Shown here piece after piece: positions 38,791 through 52,160 of a DNA stretch of 64,000 bases. The notes under the pieces were generated by a model that was given only the letters and a program-made list of their open reading frames with translations, made no database searches and had not been told where the DNA came from. Each line of letters starts with the position of its first letter. The stretch's first letter is position 1. The translations under genes were made by a program, and so were the position numbers. This DNA comes from the human T2T-CHM13v2.0 reference genome, Homo sapiens. The stretch lies in assembly GCF_009914755.1 (NCBI RefSeq), contig NC_060925.1; one strand, written 5' to 3'.

Positions 38791-39501
38791 AAAGTTGGTA
38801 ACCGAATGGGATAACCTAGACAGCAGCCAGGCACAGGCAGTCACTAGAGTGGGGATGGGGACAGGAGGGAAAAACCTACATTTTCCCAAGACAGGGCCTG
38901 GGCCCCAGAAAATTCTGTTTTAAGCTCAGGCTTCTTGGAGGTGTGGCTTGGAGCCTTGGGTACAGAGATATCTCTTTGGGATATTATAACAGCCATCCTA
39001 TGGGATAGGCCTCTCATGATCACTACCAAGCTGGCTTGGGGCTCTGCCAATGCCTTTCTGCTGCCCCTGTCTCAGTAGCCATGGCTATCTGTTCATCACG
39101 GATTGACTAAACGCTTATTAGGCACCTGTTCTGCACTGAGAGTTGGGGGAGCCAGCAAGGAACAGACAGGTCAGATTCTACAAGTTTCCTGTCTGGTACC
39201 GTGATAGTCCAGAGACAGTGTCTTAAGCCCATGTCAAGTGTGTGCAAACAGCTGCAGAAGCCAGAGGAGGAACCCATGAATATGCTGAGAATCAAGGAAG
39301 GTTCAGAAAAGGTGACATTTTGAAATGATTCTGGGGGTGTTGAGGTTGCTGAGGGGGCCAATGAGTCACATCTCCCGATTCTAAAGCAGAAGCAGACATG
39401 GAAATAAAAATGAGATAAAATATCTGCTGAACTGGGGAAAACAACGTAGATCCAAGGCCCAAAAGAGCTCCCTGCTCCTCATCAGTCAGGGGTGATTTTA
39501 A

Positions 39502-39898
<397 letters not shown>

Positions 39899-40553
39899 TA
39901 AAAGGTTATGTGAACAGGTCAAACCTTCACTAGTGTGGACGCTGGAGAGTGTTACGAAGTAAGCCAGGAGAATCTGTGGGTCTGTCCAGGAAGGCCTCAT
40001 GTATGTAGAGAAGAAGGCTTCCTGTTCAGCCTGTGGCCTCCAAGTCCTTGCTCAAGGTGTTCTCCTGGCCTGGGGACCCTGCTCAAATCTCTTCAGCCAA
40101 ATCATGTCCCTCGCATGCTCTTCTTCAGGAAGTCTTCTCTTTCATTACCTCTTGTTCTCCAATGTCAACCTTTGCAGACCTGCTCATCCACACCACTCTC
40201 AAAGTCTACCCCCTGACAACACGCTTGATCTCCTGGCATTGAGCCCCTAGCCTTTCATACAGACCCTTTCACATGACATAAATTCTTGTTGCTAATGTTA
40301 AGTCATCTCTTGTGAACTTCTAGATGGCTGTCCCTGCCCTGGGGTTTCTTTTGTATCCCCACAGTGCTTTGCAAAGGTGTTTACCCTTGGCCAGAGCCTG
40401 TCTCATTAATTCATTCAACTAATAACTAAATCACTAACTAAGCACAGGAGATATAGCACTGAGCAAAAACAGGCTCCCTGTCTTCATGAAGCTTATAAAC
40501 CAATGAGAGAGGTGGATAATGAACAAAAAAACAAGCGTATAATATGATGTCAG

Positions 40554-40939
40554 TGTATTAGTTCATTCTCACACTGCTATAAAGATACTACCCAGGAATG
40601 GGTAATTGATAAACAAAGGAGGTTTAATTGACTCACACTTCCACATGGCTTTAGAGGCCTCAGTAAACTTACAATCATGGCAGAAGGGGAAGCAGGCACC
40701 TTCTTCACAAGGTGGTGAGAGAGCATGAGTGTGTGAAGAAGGAACTGTCAAACACTTGTAAAACCATGAGATTTTGAGAGAACTCACTCACTATCACAAG
40801 AACAGCATGGGGGAAATCGCCCCCATGATCTAATCACCTCCCTCCCTCAACACAAGGGGATTACAGTTTCCTCCCTTGACACATAGGGACTACAATTCAA
40901 GATGAGATTTGGGTGGGGACACAGAGCCAAACCATATCA
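40554..40939 (-). mobile_element. MaLR solo LTR (MSTA/MSTB-like)
   Basis: TGTATTAGTTCATTCTCAC...GCCAAACCATATCA; TSD GTCAG/ATCAG. Confidence 0.88.
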
Positions 40940-41012
40940 ATCAGGTAGCAATAACTGTCAACAACAACAAAAACATAAGCAAAGGAAAGAGAGAGTAACA
41001 GGTGATGCCTTT

Positions 41013-41070
41013 ATTGGTATCCAATGATACCAATGGTACCAATGGTATCATTGGTATCATTGATACCAAT
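41013..41070. repeat. Quasi-palindromic 9-mer tandem repeat (hairpin)
   Basis: CCAATGRTA units followed by their reverse complement. Confidence 0.85.
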
Positions 41071-41311
41071 GGTAACATTCCCTGAGACAGAGACAGGGCA
41101 AAATTTTTGGCCTTTGACCAGAATAAAGTGAAGGAGTGATACATTTGAATACCTAGAGGAAGTGAATTCTAGATAGAGAGAAGAGCAAATGCAAAGGCTA
41201 TGAGATGAGAATGTGCTTGAAATGTTCAAGGAGCATCTGGATGACCAATGTGGCTTGAGCCAAGTGAGAGAAGGGAAAGGGGTAGAAGGCAAAGTCGGAG
41301 AGGTTATGTAG

Positions 41312-41510
41312 GCTGTGTTGTCCAGTGTGGGAGTTGCCACATGTGACTATTTAAATTTAAATTAATTAGAATGGGTTACAATTTGAAATTTAATTTCTCA
41401 GTTGGTGTAGCCTCATTTCAAGTGCTCATAGCCACACATGGCCAGTGGCTACCATATTGGACAGCACAGATATTGGATGCCACTGCAGAAAGCTCTATTG
41501 GACAGAGTTG
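41312..41510 (-). mobile_element. MER3 (hAT-Charlie) DNA transposon
   Basis: GTGGCTACCATATTGGACAGC, CATTTCAAGTGCTCA and terminal TATTGGACAG. Confidence 0.8.
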
Positions 41511-42109
41511 GTATAAAGCCTTGTAGACCTCAGTGAGGACTTAGGATTTTATTCTCTAAGAGAGATGGAAAACTCTGGGAGGGGTCTGATTTACATTTTA
41601 AAGGATCATTCTGGCTGTGTGGAGAATACTTTTTAGGGGGACAAGGGTGGAAGTGAAGAGACCAACTAGGAGACTGCTACAATAATCCAAGACAGATGGT
41701 AGTGGCCAGGATCAGATGGTGGTGGTAGAGGTGGTGAGATTTAGTGGATTTGAAGGTATATTTTAAAGACAGAACTGAAAAGAATTTGCCAATAGGGTAG
41801 ATGTGGGGTGTATGTGAGACAAAGGAATCAACAATGACTCACAGGTTTTTGATCTGAGAAAGTGGATGAATTGTGTGGCACCAATCACTGAGCTAGAGAT
41901 TGCTGGGGAAGAGAGGTTTTGGTGGGAGTGAAGGTGGCATGGAAATCATGCATTCAGTTTGTATGTGTCAAGTGTGAGATGTCTATTAGACATCCATGCA
42001 GAGATACAAGTTATATTCAACTTTGGAATTCAGGGAAGAGGTCAGGGCTGAAGCCAAAAATCTGGGAGGTGATCTTTAAATCTGTAAGACTGAATGAGCT
42101 CATCCAGGG

Positions 42110-42463
42110 TGTTATGGTCTGAATGTTTATGTCTCCTCCCACGACGCACCAAATTCATACGCTGAAATCCTAACCCCAAGGTGATGAGGTAGGGCCTTTG
42201 AGAGGCGATGAGGTCATAAGGGCTTCACTTTCATGAATGGAATTAGTGCCCTTATAGAAAAGGTTCCAGAGAGCTAGACCTTTTTATCATATTAGGTTGT
42301 AGCAAGAAGTTGCCATCTATGAAAAATCAGCCCTCATCCAGCACTGAATCTGCCAGCCCATGATCTTGGACTTCCCAGCCTCTAGAACTATGAGAAACAA
42401 ATTATTGTTGTTTATAAGTGATCTAGTTAATGATGTTCTGTTATAGTAGCCCAAAAGGACTAA

Positions 42464-42467
<4 letters not shown>
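42110..42467 (+). mobile_element. MLT1A-like MaLR solo LTR
   Basis: TGTTATGGTCTGAATGTTTATGTC...TCTTGGACTTCCCAGCCTCTAGAAC...GACTAAGACA. Confidence 0.82.
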
Positions 42468-42518
<51 letters not shown>

Positions 42519-42535
42519 AGAGAGAGAAGAGAGAA
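42466..42535. repeat. (CA)n followed by (GA)n microsatellite
   Basis: About 24 CA units, then GA. Confidence 0.95.
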
Positions 42536-45235
42536 GAAAAGGTCTACAAACAGAGCCTGGCACCGGCACAATTTAAATGCTGGAGAAGAGGATCCACAAA
42601 ATAGCTATGAAGGAGCAGTCCATTAGGTGGGAGAGCAGGAGAGTTTGGTGCCCGGCAGCCAAGTAGAATGATTGTTTCAAGAAGGACCAGTCATACCCAA
42701 AGCAGCTAAGAGGTTTAGTAACAGGGAACCTGAGAGTTAACCACTGAATACGACAACATAGAGATCATGGGGGAACCTTGATGATGACTCTATCCACGGA
42801 GAGATTGGGAGAAAAATGTGACTAGAGAGCATGCAAGAGAGAGCAGTAGGTGAGGTTGTAGAGATAGCAAGCATAAAGTCAAGTTTTTCAAGGAGTTTTG
42901 CTATAAAGGGGCAACTCTCAGTGCTGCCAGGCAGTTACTGGAGACAATTGTGGGGTCTAGGGATAACTTTGTTTTTAATATGGCAGATGATACAGCATGT
43001 TTGTATGCTGATAAGGATGATCCAACAGGAAGGGCAAAGTAATGAGGCAAAAGAAAGAGGAGTTAGTTCAGGATCAATGGCCTTGAATAGGAGAAGGGAG
43101 AAATCCATTGCCCAGGTGAAGGTTTGGGTCTTTGATGGAGACATGCACACTTTGTTCCTTGCAACAAGAGGAAGGCAGCCTGTGTGGATTCAGTGTATCA
43201 GCAGGTTGATGGTTACGGCAGTGGGAGTTTCTATTTTCTCAGTGAAATAATATGCTAGACCATCAGCTGAGAGTGAGGAGAGCATCACAGGTACGGGGGT
43301 TTAAGGAGAGAGGAGAAAGTAAGCGATAGTCCTCTTGGAGAGCAGGAGAGTGAATTAACTGAGTGAATGTAGGAGCATTGCCCGACAGCACCAAGGGCTC
43401 ACTTGCGGTCTGTGGTCATGAATTTAAAGTGAGACAAATCAATGTGGGTGTGTATTTTTTCCAGACATGATTGTAGGTGAAGAGCAGGCAGAGAGTTAGA
43501 TTTAATCAGGATTGGAATTTTGCCAAGAATGAGACAGGGGCAACAGAGTTGATGATAATGATGCAGGGCAGTGATTATATTGATGGATGTGGGAGCGTAT
43601 GCTGGGTAAAGAGGGAGGTGGGCATGAGCAGAGGAATGGAGAGTGAATGGGTAACAGTGAGTGGCTTGGAGGTGCTGATTGTGGGCATAATGACACCGTA
43701 GGCAAAGCTGAATGGAAGCCAGCAGCTAAGGAGGAGGAGGACAGTACTGGACAGTGAGCAGGCCAAGGGACTGAAAGGCCAGGGATGTTTAGATGGCTAT
43801 AGAAGTCACCAAGATCCATGACAGGTAAACCAGGTGATGAAATAATCAGCAAGTGGGGGTGTCCGGGAGGATTGTAGATAATTGCAAAAAGGGAGGACAC
43901 CCGGTGTCTAATCTGATAGCCTGTGCTTCAAAGCAGTTGAACAATTCTTGCAGGGCAGGAGGACAAAAATAGGCTGAGAGTGGCAAAGAGGCATGAGAGC
44001 ACTGACCCTAGCTCCAGGTCCAAGGAAAGGTAAGTAGTGTGTGATTCCTGGTGCTGGGAGTGAGTTATGAACTGGACAGACAAGGACCCTGATTTTACAG
44101 AGATCACATTTCAATTAAGGAAGTAAATAAATAAGTACACAAGATAGTATCAGATAATGAAAAGTGTTATGAAGAAAATGAAAAAGGGATGTTCTTGATG
44201 GTATCTGGCCATGAGAGTGGGGATGGGCTGCTTTCGTTCAGGTGGTCTGAACAAGATGGGCGTGGGAGTCAGAAGTCCCAGGCGGAGGGAAAAGGAAGTA
44301 TAAAGCCAAGTTCAAAAGCAAGAATAGGATTCCTCTAGGCTTAAGGGACAGCGCTCCAGTCTGAAAGAGAAATTTCCCCAACAAAGCCTCCAAGAAACTA
44401 GGATCTGAACCAGACTTGTTAGTCAACAATGCCTAAGCAGGTATGGGAAGTGAAAGTAACATTCTAGATGAACCCCTTTGTGTGGCTCAGAAAAGTTACA
44501 GTATTCCCAATACCTGCTTTCTATAAAGTGCTACGATACTTTTTGCCCTTAACCAGATTATTCTTCCTTTGTCTCAAATTGAAGAACATTTTTATTCTGT
44601 TTGCAATGTTGGCTGAACATTAAAATTGCATCATTGGTTTCCTCTCTCACTTGTTCTCGTTTTTTATTTTATTGTTATTCAGTGCAAAACAAAAAGCTGT
44701 GATGGAAAAAGACAATAGAGGGATGGCTGGAGGAAGCTTGTCAAAATAACCTCCTGTTTAGTAGTTTTGCTTCTGTTCATGCCTGACTTTCATATGCATA
44801 AAAGGGCCAGAAATTTATCACAAATGGCAGAAAATTGCATTCCATTAATTTCAGAGCCTTTGACTCCGACAGTTCAATCTTCAAGAGTGGTTGCTTCTGG
44901 GATATTCAAGAAAACAAAGAATAAAAGCTATTTTGCGTTATCTGTTTTATATTTTAGAAGAGTATATTTCACTACATTATCCAGAGGGATTTTGCTCAGA
45001 ATCTCATTAGTGTGTTTTGAGTCCGCTTGCCTACAGAAGCCCTTCCTTGATTTCAACTTGGAGACAAAAGGGTAGAAACTATGGGTGAGGTTGGTGAAAG
45101 GGGATCTCTTACAGGACCAAATTAATAAATGTGAACTGCCTTTCAAAATGAACTGAATTACTTGGAAAGCAGAAACTGAAATGAAAACTCAAAACCTTAG
45201 AATTTTTACCCACGCTGTATCCCTGATGTCTGTTC

Positions 45236-45420
45236 ATTCAGCCTTTGCTTGAATTTCCCTAGTGACAAGGAACTCACTACTTCCTAAGACACACAATTCC
45301 ATTTTAAAGCAGTCTAGCTGGAAGAAATTTCTTTCTCTGTAAGAGTAGAAATTGACTTCTGGAAACGTTCCATCTATTGATCCCAGTTCTACCCTCCAGA
45401 GACTCCTGCACACAATTCTT
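45236..45420. mobile_element. L3/CR1 fragment
   Basis: CAGCCTTTGCTTGAAT...AGTGACAAGGAACTCACTAC...TTCCAT resembles CR1/L3. Confidence 0.55.
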
Positions 45421-45759
45421 AATGTATCACAAGACAACGTTCCTGTCTGCCTTGGGCTCAACATCCCTGATTGCTTCTTTGGAATTGTTGCATTCAGATG
45501 TCTCTTTTCCAGCCAAATCGCCTTCTAAAATCCAAAATGGTCGTACTTCAAGGCTGTTACTCAAATTCAGACATACTTTTATCTCACTGTGTTTAGGAAA
45601 CATTGAGCAGAGTGACACATGATCTGCAGAGGCTAAGGGATTGGGAGTGACTATCTACCACCCAGTCTCTCCAGCAGATGGTTGATGCTGCCCTGCAAAA
45701 CGAGAATTCACTCCCATTCCTTTTCTTCCACCAGGGCCAAGGCCCAAACATTACACAAG

Positions 45760-45960
45760 CATATGAATTTCTTATGCTTTGGGGATCATGAATCATTTTG
45801 AAAAGCTGATAAAAGCTATGGGTGCCCTCTTTAGAAATATGAACAAACACATAAAATATTGTATTTGACTTCATCAAATTTAGACATCCCACCCTGAATC
45901 CCATTCATGAACCGCACTGCCCTTCCACAGGGTGCAAAGGATCCAAACTAAGAATCCCTG
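45760..45960. mobile_element. MER103-like hAT fragment
   Basis: GCTGATAAAAGCTATGG...CACATAAAAT...TAAGAATCCCTG. Confidence 0.55.
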
Positions 45961-48499
45961 CTATAAGCAAAGCCTACACAGCCCAGCACTATGTCCTCCA
46001 TGGTATTTCAAAGGGTTTTCAATTGAGGGCTTAAAAAGACTCACTCAATTCACCCCTCCTTTCAATCAAATATACCAAGTATGTGTTATACTTCTCACAC
46101 ACCAAGGGTATGGCACTGAACAAGACACAGTCTCCATTCTCAGGGAGCTCATGGCCTAGGGCAGACAGCAGGAGCAACTATGCTTACACAAACACTCTTA
46201 CAATGACAGTGCTATAATAGGGATAAGGACACGGCATGTGGGGGAGTGAGACACCTAACTCAGCCTTGGCGGTTTCTGGGAGGACTTTTCAGAGGAGGTT
46301 GCTAAGCCCTGAAAAAGTTTCATATTAGATTTTAAAAATATTTTAAAATACCAGATGTGGTACTAATTCAATAGGCTAAGTTGGGTGCATTCTCAGCACA
46401 GCACAACTCCTCACAGCAAAGGCTTCCTTGTTCATCTGCTGCAGAGGCTGCCATCTGTAGCCTCTCTGTAGATACTCCAAGAACCCACCTCTCCTTGCCC
46501 ATCCTGCTATCTCCTCCCTGGGACACATGGCGGTGATTTCCCACAGCTGCTGATCCTTCTAAACTGTACTGGCCCCCAGGCAGGTAAAATTGGGACACAG
46601 CTCCTGCTGCTAATGAAGAGATGATGTTCCTGTAATGAAAACAGGACATGGTGCTGGGAGCCCACTAAGGATGAATAATTGCACCCTAATTAAACACTGC
46701 CTTTTGTTTTCCATTCATTTATTCAGTATTAGATGTGAATGAGGTTTGCATCATGCAAAAGTCAGCTCAGACACATTCCTACGGAGTCACCAAGAAATCA
46801 TTTCTCTCATTGTGCTTATTATACCACTTGGTGCTCTTTTAAAAAATCAAGTTGTATATATAACCTTGGTAGGTGGAAAATGTTCTCTGTAACTCTGGAT
46901 TCTCTTCAGATGCATGATCAGCACTGGGAATTTTTCTGAATGAGCCTTGCTTTCAGGTTCTTATTTTCCAGGTTCTCCTTGGCATAATCCTTCCATGTGA
47001 TAATGACCAGCTTTGTTTACTCTTCATGCTCACTACAACCAAGATGGGAAGGATGAGAAAAGACCTCCTTAGCTCAGTTCTTGGCATAAGGTTAGCAGGG
47101 GATGTTGACATTTCCTAGCACAGAATAGGGCTGACCTGCTGACCTGGGAGAGTTGGGCAAATGTTCAAACCCTTGTAGATTATTTCTTCATAGTTTGGCT
47201 TTATTATCTGGTTAGAGCTTAGCAATTTCTCTGAATATTGGAAATCTTCAGATTTTAATGCATTTCAAAGCCTGGATGAGATTTTTCTGGGCCAAACAGG
47301 CTTACCCAGGCAGCTTCCTCTGGCATGGAGAATCAAGGGCTGTCTGTGCTTTGCAACAATCATGACCCCAAATGGGCAGAAGACAGCATGATTGGTGGAG
47401 AAAGGGGACCTGGTGAGAATCAGGAGTCGTGGTTATTAATACTGTTTGCCCAGATGGCAACTCCTGTTCTCCTTGTGTTTGGGCCCATATATTTAGTTTG
47501 GGCCAATAACTTGTAAACAAACAAACAAAAAAAGTGAAACTTTCAGACTGGAGCATTTAATTGCTGGTGTGAGAGCATCGAGCGGGTGGCAGCTCCACGA
47601 GCATCTTACCATGGGCCCCAGGGTGACTACGATGAGCAGACCCGCTCCCCAATGTGTGTTTATTTATTTATAAACCACATACATGCACTGCCATAATTAA
47701 CTCATTCTTCAAGGTCCTTTGGGTGACATTCATCTCTAAGAAAAATAAACTCACATTTCAAAAGGTGTTTCTGATAATTTCTAATTTTTTTTTGGCCAGT
47801 GTCTTGTCAGATTTGATTGGATCGTCATTTTTTTACTGCATAATGTAACAGATGCTGAGCTCATATTGGGGTAGAAATGTCAGTTCTACCTCTTTCCTAT
47901 CGTTCACTCAGGCTTATTATTATTGGTGTTAAGCTCAAACAACAGGGATTCTTTTAAGCCATTTTTCCATTTTATGAAGAGTAGTTTAGTTACAGCTAAA
48001 TTACATAATCTCTAACTCAATAAAAATTAAAAATTATGGGAATACGAAAAAATGCATTGATAGAAAAGAGCACCATGTTAACCCTTCTGGGTGTAGGTCT
48101 CCCACTTCTGCCTCTGTGTCCCTCTAGATCATACATGGTTCGGAACCATCCGACACATAGAACAAGCAGAGACTCAGGTGTCAGGTCATATATTAAATAT
48201 TGGTAAGTACAATTTCTTTCTTATTTTTTGTAATTATAAAAATATAAACATTGAATTTTATTGATTCAAAGACATTCTTTTTTTTTATGTTTTAATACCT
48301 CTGAAATTAGAATGCATTTTACAACCATAGCATGCCATATTTTAATTGGGAGCTTTTAAACGTTTTTCCTAATGTACATTAAAAAATGGTAATTAGTGGC
48401 ATTTTTGGTAGATAAAATATGGTAAGTAAAAATTTTAGAATCTTCTCGTCTTAATCCAAATGAATTGTTTTATGATCACTTTTAGAGACCAGTGCTCTA

Positions 48500-48660
48500 G
48501 AGCCTTGCTGCTCCAAGCAAGTGTGGTATTTGGACCAGCATCATGGGCATCACCTTGGAGTCTGTGATTACTAGACCCCGCTCCAGACCTCCTGAATCAG
48601 ATCTGCATTTTAACAAGATCTCCAGGTAGTTCACGTGCCCATTAAGTCTGAAAAGCCCTG
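48500..48660 (+). mobile_element. MER5A (hAT-Charlie)
   Basis: GGACCAGCA...CCAGACCTCCTGAATCAG-ATCTGCATTTTAACAAGATC. Confidence 0.7.
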
Positions 48661-48801
48661 TGTTAGAGATACTGAAATTTGGAATATGTCCAGTGGCAGC
48701 TTACATTATATTTGGTGCTGGCAGACATATTTCAGAGGTGAATGGCTTATCCATCTGGCTAATGTTTACTCTTTTAGGACTCAGCTCTGGGGCCACCTCA
48801 T

Positions 48802-48996
48802 CAGTAGTGTGCTGATAAATTTTTAACAACTGGCTCTCTGGGAAAGGAAAAAAAAAAACCCTGATTTGTCACATTTGTCAATTTCCATGCCATAAATCTT
48901 CCTCCCATGGCTGATTTCAAACCACAAATGGTTATTTTAGGTAGCATTCCTGGAAATTTGACAACCAGTACTCTAGAGCCAGTATGTCCATCACTG
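48802..48996. mobile_element. Small hAT-type (Tip100-like) non-autonomous element
   Basis: Imperfect CAGT...ACTG terminal inverted ends and internal TTTAACAACTGGCTCTC; family name uncertain. Confidence 0.45.
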
Positions 48997-49120
48997 CGTG
49001 CCCTCCAGAAAGTCCTTCCTCATCCCTCTTCCTCTCCCTTTCCCAATATTGGGGAAGAGCCACAGCACCTGTGCCTATCTTCTTCAAGGCAGAACCACAT
49101 TGTGCTACTTATTCAATATC

Positions 49121-49588
49121 TGTGGTAGGCAGAATAGCCCCTACCCCCACCAAAGATGTCCCCATCCTAATCCCCAGAATGTGTAAACATGCTATACTAC
49201 ATTACTGATCAGCTGATCTTCAGATCGGAGATTATCCTGTATTATCTGGGTGGTTCGAATGTAATCACCCGGGTCCTTATAAATCAAAAATAAAGGTGGG
49301 AGAGTCAGAGTGATGCAATGTGATAAAGGCTCCATCAGAGTAGATGGAAGGGGCCATGAGCCAAGAATGCAGTAGCCTCTAGAAGCTGAAAAAGGCAAGA
49401 AAATGGATTCTCCCATAGAGACTTCAGAAGGGAATGCAGACCTGCTAACACCTTGATTTTAATGAGGGTGAATTAGTGACACCCATTCTGAACTGCTGAG
49501 CTCCAGAACTATAACATAATAAATTTGTGATGTTTTAAGTCACTACATTTGTGGCAATTTGTCACTTTATCTCTGGAAAACTAATATA
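49121..49588 (+). mobile_element. MLT1C/D-like MaLR solo LTR
   Basis: TGTGGTAGGCAGAAT...CTCTAGAAGCTGAAAAAGGCAAG...GAAAACTAATA. Confidence 0.82.
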
Positions 49589-49607
49589 GTCTGTCTCTTC
49601 CTATAGG

Positions 49608-49945
49608 TCAGTGGTTCTTAATCTTGGCTACAGATTGAGAATCTGTTCTTAATTGGAATCATTGGGATTATTTTTAAATTAAAGATTCTTGGATCCTTCC
49701 AGGAGAGACTCTGATTTCATCACGGCCTAGGCACTGAGATTGTTTGAAGCATGGGCCGAAATAGCCTGGGGCTCCTGATTCCATTTGAGAACAATACTAT
49801 AAAACCTTGCAATAGTATCATCTAAGAGCTTGTTAGAAATGCAGAATTTCAGGCCATATCTCAGATCTGCACAACACAAATCTGCATTTTAAAAAGATCC
49901 CTGGGTGATTTGTATGCACACTAAATTTGGGGAGCAATATGCTAG
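49608..49945 (+). mobile_element. MER5-family fragments (two adjacent)
   Basis: CAGTGGTTCTTAATCTTGGC and GCTTGTTAGAAATGCAGAAT...ATCTGCATTTTAAAAAGATCCCTGGGTGAT. Confidence 0.6.
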
Positions 49946-51330
49946 CTCCTGAGCATTTTGAGGACAAAGGCTCGGTTTCCTTATCTGGAATCCCCAGCAC
50001 CCCACACAGTGCCTGGCACAGAAGACTTATCTTCAAGTAAGGCCACATTGCAAGGTAGTAGGGCTTAAAGTTTCCAGAGTAGGCACTAAGGAAATATTAA
50101 GTAAACTGACTTCTGAACAAACCAGAACTCTTGAATGCTAGAGGGCTACAGAAACAATCTGATGGCTTCAGAAAGGTCCAAGATGACAGTTTCAAACTTT
50201 TTTTTAACGTAGGGGAGTTTTTTTCCTTTTAAGTTGTATTTTCTTTGAATGTATAAGACACATAATAGTGGCACCAATAGTTTTCCTCTGCTCAGCCTCT
50301 CCCCTGACCCCTGGGCCCCTCGGTTCATATATCCTTGAACTCAGAGAACACAGCAGGACACACTTCCTGGAAGAGAGGATAGAGAAGGCCTAGAAAACAG
50401 GATGCTGGCTACTGGAGGTCTGGAGCAAGAGCAGGTCAGGGACCAGAGGGATCCACAGTAAGGGTCACTCCTTGGGGTTGGTGGTATAGACGAAAAGTGG
50501 TACAAGTTCACGGGAGTCAAGGTGTCAGACCTAACCAGACCAAAGAGGCCCAGTGCCAAGTCGGCTTGGGTCGAAGTCCAGAGGTGACGACTGGGCAGGG
50601 AGAAGAAGGCATTCACAGAGTCCACACATCCAGGAAGGGCTCAGACCAGGCAAAAGGGAGCAGGCATGCACCCACCTGCCACCATCCATTGGTCATTTCC
50701 ATCCATGTGTGACTGTAGTCCAGATTCAAAGTCCAGGAAAAGGGAGTCCAGTTGACCTAACTTAAGGTTCTTGGCCCCTTTGGCTGGGGGAGGGCAGGTC
50801 ACCTTCATTTATAACCCTGTCAAAAATGTTTCCAATAGGAAAGAGGTGGTGTCCTCAGAGGAATTGAAAGTGCTGATGGGAATGGGCAGTTGAGAAACAG
50901 CACCTGACCATTATGAGCAAGTAGGGTTATGCTCATTTATCAGAAAAGAAACTGAGGCTCAGGCTGACCCGAAAACTTTCCCCGTGTTTGCATAGATAGT
51001 AAGTGCCGGCCCTGGGGTTTGAACCCAGGGTGGTCGGAAGCTGGTATCCTTTGAAGGACAACACATCGTCTGGCAAGAGTCCAGTGCCTGTGACAGAGGC
51101 ACATAGACAGAGAAAGCCCAGGAGCAGCACTGTTGAGAGGCCAGCTCAGGAGTCCCTGTGCTCTCTCTTCCCAGGACAGGAATGGGGCTGAGCCTACAGA
51201 TGGGGGAGGGGAGAGGGCAGCAGGCAGGAGCCAGGCAAGTCAGCACAAGACAAGGAGGACAGTCCTTACCACCAGACAACCTTGCTGATCCTGACCTGAG
51301 GCTACCGCCCCTCTACTCATTTTAAGTCCT

Positions 51331-51745
51331 TGTATTAGTTTGCTAAGGCTGCAGTAACAAAGTACCACACAAACTTGGTGGCTTAAACAACTGAAATTGA
51401 TTGTTTCATAGTTCTGAAGGCTAGATGTCCGAAATTGAGGTGTTGGGAGATTCCTTCTGGGGCCTGTGAGGAGTGATCTGTTTCAGACCTCTCTCTTTGG
51501 CTTGTAGATGGCCATCTTCTCCCTGTGTGCCTTCACATCAACTTTCCTCTATGTGTGTCTGTCTGGGTCCAAATTTTCTCTTTTTATAAAGACAGATCAT
51601 ATTTGATTAAGGCTCACAATAATGATCTCAGTTAACTTTATTAGTTTTATAAAAGCCTTGTCTGCAAGTATGGCCACATTCTAAGGTACTAGGGCTTGGA
51701 ATTTCAACACATGAATTTTGGGGAGATACAGTTCAATCCATAACA
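51331..51745 (-). mobile_element. MLT1B-like MaLR solo LTR
   Basis: TGTATTAGTTTGCTAAGGCTGCAGTAACAAAGTACCAC...TCAATCCATAACA. Confidence 0.82.
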
Positions 51746-51954
51746 GCTCCCTTCTTGGTGCCAAGGGAAAATGACCGGATGCTGTGTGCTCCTTCCTGAC
51801 TCAGGGTAGGACTTCACATGGGGCATGTTATTCCCAGAAGCTTTGGAGCATCTACTGTGCACTTGGTACTGAAACCAGCCCTCGTAGGGCTCATAGGGTT
51901 GTGAGGGAGAAAAATTTATAAAAGGAGTATTTTATAAAACATTAGGCGCCATGG

Positions 51955-52160
51955 TAGATATGGTATGGCATAGTGGTTAAGAGCTCAGAATCTATGACAA
52001 GATTGGTCGGTTTGAATTCTGGCCCTGCTACGTACAAGCTGTGTGACCTTGGACAAGTTGCCTAGCTTCTGCGTGCCTTTGTCTTCTCATCTATAAAATA
52101 GGCATAATAATAGCAACTACCTCATTGTTTGTTATGAGGATTCAATGAGTAAACATTTCT
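51955..52160 (+). mobile_element. MIR 5' part (3' remainder at ~57914-57950, split by L1PA)
   Basis: GTATGGCATAGTGGTTAAGAG...TGTGACCTTGGACAAG...; resumes as AAAGTGCTTAG after the right TSD. Confidence 0.8.

Larger units (their letters stand above)
40405..43900 (-). mobile_element. Long degenerate LINE-2, fragmented by MST, MER3 and MLT1A insertions
   Basis: L2 3'-tail-like TTCATTCAAC at the left end, followed by characteristic purine-rich antisense L2 blocks. Boundaries approximate. Confidence 0.65.
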
